A stretch of 64,000 bases of DNA. Origin: Hyphomicrobiales bacterium (GTDB taxonomy: Bacteria > Pseudomonadota > Alphaproteobacteria > Rhizobiales > Xanthobacteraceae). The DNA lies in contig PNAI01000034.1 of assembly GCA_003169835.1 (NCBI GenBank), positions 4,982 to 68,981 of the forward strand, written 5' to 3'. The position numbers and the translations under genes are program-made. The notes beneath the pieces are model-generated. The model did not search any database and had not been told where the DNA came from. It saw only the letters and a program-made list of their open reading frames with translations. Positions 28,137 through 36,958 of this stretch are shown here, piece after piece; the stretch's first letter is position 1, and each line of letters begins with the position of its first letter.

Positions 28137-29117
28137 ATGTCCTTTTCAGTTCTTTGCTTGCGGCCGGAGGCAGACTTTATCCGCGTCGATGCGCTGGCGC
28201 CGCCGAGCCTGCAGGTCGTCTATCGTGTACCCGATGATCCCGCGGTAGCGGATTTGATCAAGTCCGTGGGCGCGCTGGTGATCCCGGCGGTCGGGGCGAA
28301 ACTTCCTCTTGCGCTCTTCGACAACACGTCATTGCGGTTAGTCCAAGTCACCGGCGCGGGCGTCGATCGGCTCGATCGCGCCGCACTGACCAAGTTCGGC
28401 ATTCCCGTGGCCAATGTGGCAGGCGGCAGCAACAGCGCCGTGGCTGAGTATGCGGTCACAACCGCGTCGATGCTCCTGCGGCGATTTGCCTGGGCCGATG
28501 CCGAGATCAAAAGCGGCAACTACGCAAAATTTCGCACGCGGATGGTGTTCGACAATCTTTCCGGCCTCGATGGGCTTCTGATTGGCGTCGTCGGCTTTGG
28601 GACCATTGGCCGCGCGGTCGCGCAGGCCTTTCACCGCATGGGCTGCCGCATCGGCTACTTCGATCCCGCGGTCAGCGATAAGACGGCCGCCGCCGCCATC
28701 GGTGCACGATCGATGCCGCTCGATGAACTGCTGGCGCAGGCCGATGTCGTCACGTTACACGTGCCCCTGTTGCCTGAGACGAAAAACCTGATTGCCGAAC
28801 GCGAGCTTGCCAAGATGAAGCCCACCGCTGTGCTCATCCAGGGCTCGCGCGGCGGAATCGTGGATGAAGCGGCGCTCGCGGTCTGCCTCGCCGCCGGCCG
28901 CATTCAAGGCGCTGCCGTCGATGTCTATTCGGCCGAACCGCCGGCGCCTGACAACCCTCTTCTCGCGCTCACCGGCGAAGCCACACACCGGTTGCTCCTC
29001 ACGCCGCACATCGCGGGCGTCACGCGCCAGGCGTCGGCGCTGCTGTTTCGCTCGGCGTGGGAGAATGTCGAACGTGTGCTGGTGCGTAACGAACCGCCGC
29101 TCAGCCGCGTCTACTGA
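28137..29117 (+). CDS. D-isomer-specific 2-hydroxyacid dehydrogenase family protein
   Basis: GVVGFGTIGRAVA NAD fold, and the catalytic R/E/H context (…LTPHIAGVT…). Confidence 0.85.
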   Translation: MSFSVLCLRPEADFIRVDALAPPSLQVVYRVPDDPAVADLIKSVGALVIPAVGAKLPLALFDNTSLRLVQVTGAGVDRLDRAALTKFGIPVANVAGGSNSAVAEYAVTTASMLLRRFAWADAEIKSGNYAKFRTRMVFDNLSGLDGLLIGVVGFGTIGRAVAQAFHRMGCRIGYFDPAVSDKTAAAAIGARSMPLDELLAQADVVTLHVPLLPETKNLIAERELAKMKPTAVLIQGSRGGIVDEAALAVCLAAGRIQGAAVDVYSAEPPAPDNPLLALTGEATHRLLLTPHIAGVTRQASALLFRSAWENVERVLVRNEPPLSRVY

Positions 29118-29131
29118 CGGAACGCCACAGG

Positions 29132-29925
29132 ATGCTCGCGCTCTATCATTTTGATCGTTCGACCGCGGCACAGAAAGTCCGCCTCGCTCTGGCGGAAAAG
29201 AATTTACCGTGGGAAAGCCGCTGCGTCGATCCGGCATTGGACAAGCACCAGCAGCACGATCCTGAATATCTCAAGCTCAATCCGCGCGGCTTGGTGCCGA
29301 CGCTCGTGCACGAAGGCCGTGTGGTGCGCGAATCGCAAGTTATTCTTGAATATCTCGAAGACGTCTTTCCGCCCCGCCGTTGCGGCCTGCCGATCCGGTT
29401 GAACGCGCGCGCATGCGGCTATGGACCAAGCTGGTCGATGAAGGTCTGCACGTAGATAGCCGCACGATTGGCCAATGCGTCGCCATGCGTTTCGTTATCC
29501 GGGAGGCCGATCCGGCGACCATCAAAAAGCACTACGACGCCATGCCGGACGAAGTGCGGCGCGACAACGACCTCATCAACAACGAAAAGGGTGTGGATTC
29601 GCCGCTGCTTCCGGGAGCTGTGCGGCGTTTCAAGCGCACCTTCTACGACATCGATCGCGCGCTCGCGGATTCGCCGTGGCTCGCGGGCAATACGTTCTCC
29701 CTCGCGGATATTTCACTCGTTGTCTATTCAAGCCGCATGGAATCTTTCCAGCTCGCGGGATTGCTCGACGAATTGCCGCGCTTGTAGGAGTGGCAAGCGC
29801 GCATCAAGGCGCGCCCAAGCTGGGCTGAGGCGGTCGAGAAATGGGGCGACACCAGCAACGCCACTCGAGTCGCGCGCGGCAAGGAAGCCTTCCCCAAGAT
29901 CAAGGCACTGTGGGACGTGGCTTAA
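29132..29925 (+). pseudogene. Glutathione S-transferase gene disrupted by a frameshift (about 29369-29377) and an in-frame TAG (29785-29787)
   Basis: The N-terminal domain reads to …ILEYLEDVFP. The expected continuation (A)PPLRPADPVERARMRLW… is in the -1 frame. After …LLDELPRL comes TAG, then EWQARIKARPSWAEAVEKW… continues in frame to the TAA at 29923-25. Confidence 0.8.
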
Positions 29926-29938
29926 GCCAAGCCGCGGG

Positions 29939-30898
29939 TCAATTCTGCTGCATCTTGGAGCGCTTGACGACGTCGCTCCAGTGCTCAACGTCTTTGACCA
30001 GCTGCGTTCCGAGTTGCTCCGGCGTGCTTGCAATCATGTCGTATCCGAGCGTCTTAATACGCGCCTGCATGTCGGGCGTACCAAGAATGAGCACGATCTC
30101 GTCGTGCAGCTTTTTTACGATTTTCGGGTCCATACCCGACGGACCGAGCAGTCCAGCCCAGTTCGCCACTTCGAATCCGGGCAGGCCGGATTCATCGATG
30201 GTCGGCAGCTCGGGCATCAGCGCCGAGCGCTTCTTTTCCGCCATGGCGAGCGGCCGCACGCGATCCGATTTTTCCGACAGCAATCCCGGTACGCTGGCAA
30301 ACATCACCTGCACTTGTCCGCCCATCAGGTCCAAGAGCGCCGGATTCATTCCCTTGTTGGGTACGTGAATCATGTCGATGCCGGCCATGATCTTGAGCAG
30401 CTCACCGGCGAGATGCGAGGCGCTGCCGACGCCGGCGGAGCTGTAGCTCAGCTTTCCGGGATTGGCCTTTGCGTAGGCAATGAACTCCTTCAGCGAGTTC
30501 GCGGGTACCGACGAATGCACCACCAGCGCATAGGGGCTGATCGCAACGTTAATGACCGGCGTAAAATTCTTTGCGACGTCGTAGGGAGCCGTCTTGTTGA
30601 CCGCGACCGAGAGCGAAAGGCTGCTCGGCGTGTAGAGCAGCGTATAACCGTCCGCCGGAGAAGCGATCACGGCTTTGCTGCCGATGATGCCGGCCGCACC
30701 CGCGCGGTTCTCGACGACAAATTGCTGACCCCAGCGCTCGCTCAGTTTTTGAGAGAGCATCCTGGCCATGACATCGACGCCGCCGCCCGCCGCGACCGGA
30801 ACGATGACGCGAACGGCGCGATCCGGATAATCGGCGCGAACCGGAACAGCGGCGCTGCTTGCCATCAACAGGCCAAGGAAAAAGATAGCTGCACGCAT
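29939..30898 (-). CDS. Bug-family (TctC-like) substrate-binding protein
   Basis: Start refined to the ATG at 30898 (MRAAIFFLGLLMASSAAVPVRADYPDRAVRVIVP…ENRAGAAG). The upstream part of the 454-aa ORF is not protein-like. Confidence 0.9.
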   Translation of the reverse strand: MRAAIFFLGLLMASSAAVPVRADYPDRAVRVIVPVAAGGGVDVMARMLSQKLSERWGQQFVVENRAGAAGIIGSKAVIASPADGYTLLYTPSSLSLSVAVNKTAPYDVAKNFTPVINVAISPYALVVHSSVPANSLKEFIAYAKANPGKLSYSSAGVGSASHLAGELLKIMAGIDMIHVPNKGMNPALLDLMGGQVQVMFASVPGLLSEKSDRVRPLAMAEKKRSALMPELPTIDESGLPGFEVANWAGLLGPSGMDPKIVKKLHDEIVLILGTPDMQARIKTLGYDMIASTPEQLGTQLVKDVEHWSDVVKRSKMQQN

Positions 30899-31066
30899 CG
30901 CGAACAAACCTTCTCGCCATTTTTCGTTTGCGAGTTTGCGGAGTTGCGCAGGCGAGCGCAAGCGATTTTGCGTTTTCGAGGAGCCATGGTGACTATGCAG
31001 AAAGACCGCAGCGACGTGCGATCCTGACATTCCCTGCGACAATTGGACGTGCCAATATGACCTACG

Positions 31067-31966
31067 ATGACGGATCGCCCTGTTGCCATTATCGGACTTG
31101 GATTGATGGGCGAGGTCTATGCACAACGCCTGATTGACGCTCGTATTCCGGTGACCGGCTTCGACATCGACACCGCCCGGCGCGCGCGCTTGGCTGAGAT
31201 CGGTGGCCGTCCGGTCGGTGCGATCAGCGATCTTGGTGGCGCACGCTGCATTCTCGTAGCCGTCTTTAACACCGATCAAGTCGAGGATGTGATCGAGAAC
31301 CATTTGTTGCCCGCGCTGGGTGATCGCTCGAACCAGATTGTGCTGTGCATGAGCACGTGCGATCCCGATCGCGTTTCAGCCCTTGCCGGCCGCGTCACTG
31401 CGCGCGGCATTCGCTTTCTGGACATGCCGGTTTCCGGCACCAGCGATCAGGTGCGGCGCGGAGACGGCGTGGCCCTCATCGGCGGGGATATCGCGGTGGC
31501 GCACGAGTTGAAATCCGTGCTGGACGCGCTTTTTGCGCGCCGTTTCCATGTTGGAAAGATCGGCGACGGCGGTCGCGCCAAGCTGGCGGTCAATTTAATT
31601 CTCGGCCTTAATCGTCTTGCGATGGCTGAGGGCCTTGTCTTCGCGGAGCGTCTGGGGCTCGATCCGGTTGCTTTCCTTGATGTGGCGCGCGGTTCTGCCT
31701 CGTACTCGCAGGTGATGGAGACCAAGGGGCCGAAAATGGTGCGCCGCGATTATTCTCCGGAAGGCCGCGCCCGGCAGACCTTGAAAGATGTCCATCTTAT
31801 GCTCGATCAGGCGGCCACGGTCGGGCAGAAGTTACCAATGCTCGCGTTGCATGCCGGTGTGCTGGAGGCGTGTGTGCGGGCAGGCGAAGGTGATATGGAT
31901 AACAGTGTTATCATAGAAGAAGTTCGCCGCCGCACTACGGTCGCGCGGCGGGGAGGGGCGTCATGA
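31067..31966 (+). CDS. NAD(P)-dependent oxidoreductase, 3-hydroxyisobutyrate / 6-phosphogluconate dehydrogenase-like
   Basis: VAIIGLGLMGEVYAQRL Rossmann fold and a HIBADH-type C-terminal helical domain. Confidence 0.8.
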   Translation: MTDRPVAIIGLGLMGEVYAQRLIDARIPVTGFDIDTARRARLAEIGGRPVGAISDLGGARCILVAVFNTDQVEDVIENHLLPALGDRSNQIVLCMSTCDPDRVSALAGRVTARGIRFLDMPVSGTSDQVRRGDGVALIGGDIAVAHELKSVLDALFARRFHVGKIGDGGRAKLAVNLILGLNRLAMAEGLVFAERLGLDPVAFLDVARGSASYSQVMETKGPKMVRRDYSPEGRARQTLKDVHLMLDQAATVGQKLPMLALHAGVLEACVRAGEGDMDNSVIIEEVRRRTTVARRGGAS

Positions 31967-32937
31967 AGAAATTCTCACGCGTGTTCGCTGCGGCTTTCGT
32001 GCTTGCTGCGGGAGTGGCGACGCCGGCTGCGGCGCAAGATTGGCCGCAGAAGACGATCCGCATCGTCGTTGCGTTTGGCCCGGGCGGCGGTACCGACATC
32101 ATCGGCCGCATTCTCGCGGATTGGATGCAGGAGAAACTCGGCAAACCGGTGGTGATCGAAAACCGGGCCGGCGCAGGCGGTATCTTGGGCAACGAAGTGG
32201 TCGCCAACGCTGAGCCTGACGGCTACACGCTCGGGATCATGACCGCCGGCCAGATCATCGCCGCCGTTACCAAGAAGGACATGCGATACGACACCCTCAC
32301 CGCGTTTGCGCCTGTGACCCAGATCGCAACCGCAAGCTTGCTGATCGTGGCGCGCACGGATTTTCCCGCCAACAACGTGAAGGAATTGGTCGCGGCCGCC
32401 AAAGCCGATCCGGGCAAGATCGTTTTTGCGAGCCCGGGCTTTGCCGCCACCCAGCATTTTGCCGGCGAAATGTTCAAGCAGATTGCAGGCGTGAATTTGC
32501 TCCATGTGCCGTTCCGCACTTCGCCGGAAGCCATCAACGCGATCCTCGGCAAGCACGCGGACGTCTTGTTCGATACGGTGTCGGCATTGCTCGGGCAGGT
32601 GCAGTCCGGCCAGCTCAAAGCGCTCGCCGTCACCGGCAAGGACCGGTTTCCGGCCGTGCCGAACGTGCCGCCCGCCATCGAATCCGGCGTTCTTCCGGGT
32701 TACGACGTGACGACCTGGTACGGCTTTTTTGCGCCGCGCGGTACGCCGGCGGCGGTCATCGCCAAGTTGAACAAGACGCTCAATGACGGCCTTGCCGACG
32801 AGACTGTGCGCAAGCGCCTTGTGGCGGCGGGCGTGATCGTCAAAGGTTCGACGCCGGAAGAGTTTGGAAAATTCATGACCGACGAATACAAGCGGTGGAA
32901 CACCGTCCGCGAATCCGCCGGCATACCTAAGCAGTAA
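31963..32937 (+). CDS. Bug-family (TctC-like) substrate-binding protein
   Basis: ATGA overlap with the upstream gene. Signal peptide, then WPQKTIRIVVAFGPGGGTDIIGRILA…ENRAGAGG. Confidence 0.9.
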   Translation: MKKFSRVFAAAFVLAAGVATPAAAQDWPQKTIRIVVAFGPGGGTDIIGRILADWMQEKLGKPVVIENRAGAGGILGNEVVANAEPDGYTLGIMTAGQIIAAVTKKDMRYDTLTAFAPVTQIATASLLIVARTDFPANNVKELVAAAKADPGKIVFASPGFAATQHFAGEMFKQIAGVNLLHVPFRTSPEAINAILGKHADVLFDTVSALLGQVQSGQLKALAVTGKDRFPAVPNVPPAIESGVLPGYDVTTWYGFFAPRGTPAAVIAKLNKTLNDGLADETVRKRLVAAGVIVKGSTPEEFGKFMTDEYKRWNTVRESAGIPKQ

Positions 32938-33003
32938 CGGCGCGAATCGGGCATCACTGATTACGATTCAATTCCAGGGAAAGGGTCCGAAGGGAGAGTT
33001 AGT

Positions 33004-33921
33004 TTGCAGGTACGCGAGAGGGCGACGGCGCGCACTTCGATTTTTCGGACGATTTCTTGGGTGATTTCCTGGCTGGCATGGCCGGGACTTCTTGCGCTCT
33101 GCCTTTTGATCACCGGATGGGGTTTTGTGCTGGGCATGCCGGCGCTGTTATTCAATCTTGCCTATGCTGTTCTCGCCGTGTGCCTGTTGGCGCTCGAGCG
33201 GACCATGCCGCACGAGCCTTCATGGAATCAGAATGATGGCCAGACATTCGCCAATATCGCCCATACGCTCGTGAGCAAGGGAGCGGTGCAGACGCTCCTG
33301 ATCTTCAGCACGGTGATCGGCCTCTCATCCTTGGTCACGCCGACGGCGGAACCGGGCTACAGCATCTGGCCGCGCACTTGGCCGTTGTGGGTACAGGTGA
33401 TCTTAGGCGTCGTCGTCGCCGAGTTCGGGCTTTATTGGGCGCACCGCATCGCGCACGAATGGAAGCCGCTGTGGCGCTTCCACGCCGTCCATCACAGCGT
33501 CATCCGACTATGGATCGTCAATACCGGACGTTTTCATTTCATCGACAGCCTCAAGAGCATCGCCATCAGCATGGTCATCCTGCTGGCGCTCGGCGCGCCG
33601 ATGGAAGTCCTGATCTGGCTTTCCGCGGTGACGGCCTTTATCGGCATGCTGACTCACTGCAATGTCGACATGCGCTTTGGACCGCTGTCATGGTGGTTCA
33701 ACACGCCGGAGCTTCACCGCTGGCACCACAGCCGAGATTTGCGCGAAGGCAATAAGAATTACAGCGAGAACATCATGTTATGGGATCATGTGTTCGGCAC
33801 ATTCTTCAACACGCGCGACCGCCGCACGCCCGAAGATATCGGCATTGCCGAGCCCATGCCGCCGGGCTTCCTCCAGCAGCTCGCCTGGCCGTTCAAGGCA
33901 AACTGGACAAAAATGGGCTAG
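33004..33921 (+). CDS. Fatty acid hydroxylase / sterol desaturase-family membrane protein
   Basis: Histidine boxes HRIAHE, HAVHHS and HRWHHS, plus several TM segments. TTG start, so the N-terminus is uncertain. Confidence 0.8.
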   Translation: MQVRERATARTSIFRTISWVISWLAWPGLLALCLLITGWGFVLGMPALLFNLAYAVLAVCLLALERTMPHEPSWNQNDGQTFANIAHTLVSKGAVQTLLIFSTVIGLSSLVTPTAEPGYSIWPRTWPLWVQVILGVVVAEFGLYWAHRIAHEWKPLWRFHAVHHSVIRLWIVNTGRFHFIDSLKSIAISMVILLALGAPMEVLIWLSAVTAFIGMLTHCNVDMRFGPLSWWFNTPELHRWHHSRDLREGNKNYSENIMLWDHVFGTFFNTRDRRTPEDIGIAEPMPPGFLQQLAWPFKANWTKMG

Positions 33922-33930
33922 CGGCTGCGC

Positions 33931-34935
33931 TTAAATGCGCCCAACCGCAACCGGCCGGCCTTCCGCAATCGAGCGAATGATCGCCTCGAACGCGCCGACC
34001 ACATCGAGCATGTCTGCTTGCGACACGAGGAATGGCATTCCGGTCTCGATGCTCTCGGCGAACGCTTCAAGCAGCACCGCAAGCGAATCGACTTGCGGAA
34101 ATGTTTTCGTCTCAGCCTTTTCGCCGACCCGCGCAATCGTGAGCGTCGTTTCGTCCCGTGCCTCCGCCCAGCCTTTCGTGCCGAACGCATGGATACGCCA
34201 GTACATCGGCGCGGCCCGCACCGTGGCCAGCAATCCGGTTGCGCCGCTTGCGAATTCCACCAGCACCGCCGCCGCGTCGCGCGGATCAGGGGAGGGCTTG
34301 GGCGCAAAAAGCCGAGCGTCCACCGTTTTGATCGGCCCGGCAAGATTGACGAACGCGTCAATGAGATGAAGCCCTGCGCCCGTCATTCCCCCGCCCGGCG
34401 ACTCGAGCGGGTCATCGCGCCAGCCGCCAGTCACGCGCGTTGAGTGCTCGTTGCAGAAATGACCCTCGATATGGAGAATTTCGCCCAGCTTGCCATCGGA
34501 AACGATGTGCTTGAGCGCGCTCATCGACGAAAAGCAGCGTTTGTTATTCCCTAAGCCAAACACGACGTTTGCCTTGCGGCACGCCGCAATAGCACGCTCG
34601 GCCTCTACGTGCGTGAGCGCCAGCGGCTTCTCGCACCACACCGGCTTACCAGCCTTAGCGACAGCCGCAATCTGCTGCACGTGGAGCGAATGCGGCGTCG
34701 CGAGGAAAACCGCCTGCACGCGCGGGTCGGCGACCGCTGCTTCGAATTCCGTGGTCAACTCGAAGCCGTGCGACCTGGCGAAGTCCCGCACCAGATCGGG
34801 CTCTTTGCTCACTCCGCGGATGAGACGCAGGCGCTTGCTCTTGCCTTGCACCGCTTCGACGATCGACTTGCCCCATCGCCCGAGCCCGATAACGGCGGCA
34901 TTGATCATGGGTGCTGTGTCAGGTTGGCGGGGCAA
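33931..34935 (-). CDS. Gfo/Idh/MocA-family oxidoreductase
   Basis: AAVIGLGRWGK…WCEKPLA motifs. Confidence 0.85.
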   Translation of the reverse strand: MPRQPDTAPMINAAVIGLGRWGKSIVEAVQGKSKRLRLIRGVSKEPDLVRDFARSHGFELTTEFEAAVADPRVQAVFLATPHSLHVQQIAAVAKAGKPVWCEKPLALTHVEAERAIAACRKANVVFGLGNNKRCFSSMSALKHIVSDGKLGEILHIEGHFCNEHSTRVTGGWRDDPLESPGGGMTGAGLHLIDAFVNLAGPIKTVDARLFAPKPSPDPRDAAAVLVEFASGATGLLATVRAAPMYWRIHAFGTKGWAEARDETTLTIARVGEKAETKTFPQVDSLAVLLEAFAESIETGMPFLVSQADMLDVVGAFEAIIRSIAEGRPVAVGRI

Positions 34936-34988
34936 AACATGTCATAGTCCGTATATTCTAGACGGGCGGCCGCGCGATCGGCAATCGG

Positions 34989-35399
34989 GTGATGCTTCAA
35001 GAGAGGAAACGAACCGTGGACGAGAAAGATCTTCATGACCGTGGGCTGAAGCTGCGCACCGAAATGTTCGGGCGCGAAGCGGTGGAAAAGCGCATGAGCG
35101 CATTCGGAGAATTCGGCAAGCCGCTCCAGCATATCATCAACGCCTACGCCTATGGAGATGTCTGGAGCCGTTCGGCCTTGCCACCCGCGACCAAGTCTCT
35201 TGCCATGGTGGCGATGATGGCCGCGTCCGGCCATCCCAACGAGTTGCGCGTCCATCTCAAAGGCGCGTTGAAGAACGGCTGCAGCGCGGAACAAATTCAG
35301 GAAGTTCTCCTGCTCTTGGCCATGTATTGCGGCATACCGTCCGCCAATGAAGCGCATACCATCGCGGCGGAAGTCCTGCGCGAGCACGGCAAGCTCTGA
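34989..35399 (+). CDS. Carboxymuconolactone decarboxylase-family protein
   Basis: 136 aa, with a CMD-domain pattern (…YGDVWSRSALPPATKSLAMVAMMAASG…EVLLLLAMYCGIP). Confidence 0.8.
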   Translation: MMLQERKRTVDEKDLHDRGLKLRTEMFGREAVEKRMSAFGEFGKPLQHIINAYAYGDVWSRSALPPATKSLAMVAMMAASGHPNELRVHLKGALKNGCSAEQIQEVLLLLAMYCGIPSANEAHTIAAEVLREHGKL

Positions 35400-35411
35400 A
35401 GCGATCGCGGC

Positions 35412-36290
35412 TCAACCAAAGCGCGGCTGGAAGCCGTTGGCGGATGTTTCGATTCGCCCGGCGAACGGCGCGCCGACGTGACAGGGCAGCACCAGCGCTC
35501 CGCTCGACGCACTGTGCTCCAAAATCATACGCCGGCTGACGCGCGCCTGATCGACATCCGAATTCTTTGGAAAATTCCAGTGCGGATAGTACACCTGCAA
35601 AAGATGATGAAAAACATCGCCGATGAACAGCGCTTTTTTGCCTCGGCTTTCAAGCTTGAATACGACGTGACCGGGCGAATGGCCGGGCGCCGGGATGATC
35701 TCGATATGATCGTTGAGACGATGCGGACCCGCGACGAGGTCGGCACGGCCGGCTTCCACCACCGGCATCACGCATTCGCGGAACGTGCCGAATTCGGTCG
35801 GCGCCGTCGCCGGATCGACGTTGGCTTTCTGAAAATATTCGAAGTCCGGCTTTGAGAAGACATACCGGGCATTGGGAAAAGTCGGCACCCATTTGCCATC
35901 CTTGAGCTGCGTATTCCAACCGACGTGATCGTGATGCAGGTGCGTGCACATGACCATATCGATTTCATCCGGGCGCGCGCCCGCGGCCGCGAGCCGATCG
36001 AGATAGGGCGTATTGAGCATGTTCCAGAACGGCCGTGCCGGCCGGGATTTTTGATTGCCGCAGCACGCATCGATCAAAATCTTCTGCTTGCCGACCTGCA
36101 GCAGCCAGCTATGCACGCTGAGTTTGACCAAGCCTGAGGCGGGATCGTAGTGGTTCGGCACCAGCCAGCTCTTGTGCTGATTGAAAATTTCTTCCGACCA
36201 TTCCGGGAACAGATCTTTCGGCTTGTAGACAGGCTGATAGGTTTCCTCGATTCGGGCGATAGTCGCCTGACCCACGGCAAAGATTGTCAT
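35412..36290 (-). CDS. MBL-fold metallo-hydrolase
   Basis: HLHHDHVG zinc motif. Start refined to the ATG at 36290 (MTIFAVGQ) with a GGAGAA RBS. The ORF is open to 36437. Confidence 0.85.
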   Translation of the reverse strand: MTIFAVGQATIARIEETYQPVYKPKDLFPEWSEEIFNQHKSWLVPNHYDPASGLVKLSVHSWLLQVGKQKILIDACCGNQKSRPARPFWNMLNTPYLDRLAAAGARPDEIDMVMCTHLHHDHVGWNTQLKDGKWVPTFPNARYVFSKPDFEYFQKANVDPATAPTEFGTFRECVMPVVEAGRADLVAGPHRLNDHIEIIPAPGHSPGHVVFKLESRGKKALFIGDVFHHLLQVYYPHWNFPKNSDVDQARVSRRMILEHSASSGALVLPCHVGAPFAGRIETSANGFQPRFG

Positions 36291-36410
36291 CTGAGTTCTC
36301 CGTGCCTGTTGCGCGGCCTTGCCAAAGACGAGCGCAACCTCGGTAAAATGGTTGGCGTTATCAGCAGCATGTTTTATTGGATTACGCAAATTATTGGATG
36401 ACGCATGTGA

Positions 36411-36437
36411 ATGCCGGCGTGAGTGACACGCCGGCAT
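36411..36437 (-). terminator. 11-bp perfect hairpin (ATGCCGGCGTG-AGTGA-CACGCCGGCAT) downstream of the small secreted-protein gene
   Basis: Read directly. It lies 47 nt past the 36484 stop on the minus strand. The trailing T-tract is weak, so it is not a textbook intrinsic terminator. Confidence 0.45.
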
Positions 36438-36483
36438 GTTATTGAACGATTAGCAGGGAGAGCTTTTGGAGATCCCGTTCAAA

Positions 36484-36774
36484 TTACCGTGGACAGGTTT
36501 CTATCCAGCGGCCCCCACGGCGCCTTTCCCGGAAGCAACCTGGAGTGCGGGGAACGCCCCAATTTCTTGCATAAGGATGGATTTCGCCCGGATACCACGC
36601 ATGCCATTCGCACCGGTAGGCATTGCAGACCCAGCGCGCTTGAATGATCGTGTCATCGACAGCGACCGCGGCCAAACCCTTTGCGGGGCCCGCCACTGAG
36701 GCGTCAGCACGATTCACGGTTGCTGCGCTGACCATGACGGTCGCAAGCAATGAGAGCGCAATATTTCTCATCAT
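36484..36774 (-). CDS. Small secreted Cys/Trp-rich hypothetical protein (96 aa)
   Basis: Strong RBS AAGGAGGA. Signal peptide MMRNIALSLLATVMVSAATVNRADA. Confidence 0.6.
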   Translation of the reverse strand: MMRNIALSLLATVMVSAATVNRADASVAGPAKGLAAVAVDDTIIQARWVCNAYRCEWHAWYPGEIHPYARNWGVPRTPGCFRERRRGGRWIETCPR

Positions 36775-36958
36775 CGATTTCCTCCTTCAGTTTGTGAAAA
36801 TCGGCCTTCACTCCCGTGCGCCTTTCTGGTGCGCGGTATATGAACCCCGATCGCCCGCCAATTTGAGGCGTGCGAATTGTGTCCTCGCGATCCCATGATT
36901 GCAATGGAGAACATGCCCATTGCAATGCAATCCAATGCGACAAAATGCGGAGTGTGGC

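Noticed and set aside
29785-29787. The in-frame TAG in the GST gene as a recoded or read-through codon
   Set aside because: No pyrrolysine or recoding context is present. The same gene also carries a frameshift, so decay is the simpler explanation.
29468-31027. 519-aa plus-strand ORF, the longest ORF in that region
   Set aside because: It is an extremely Arg/Ser/Ala-rich, low-complexity translation (…RRRSDHGFAADDAGRTRAV…). It lies antisense to the well-supported Bug gene (29939..30898) and overlaps the GST remnant. This is a typical high-GC shadow ORF.
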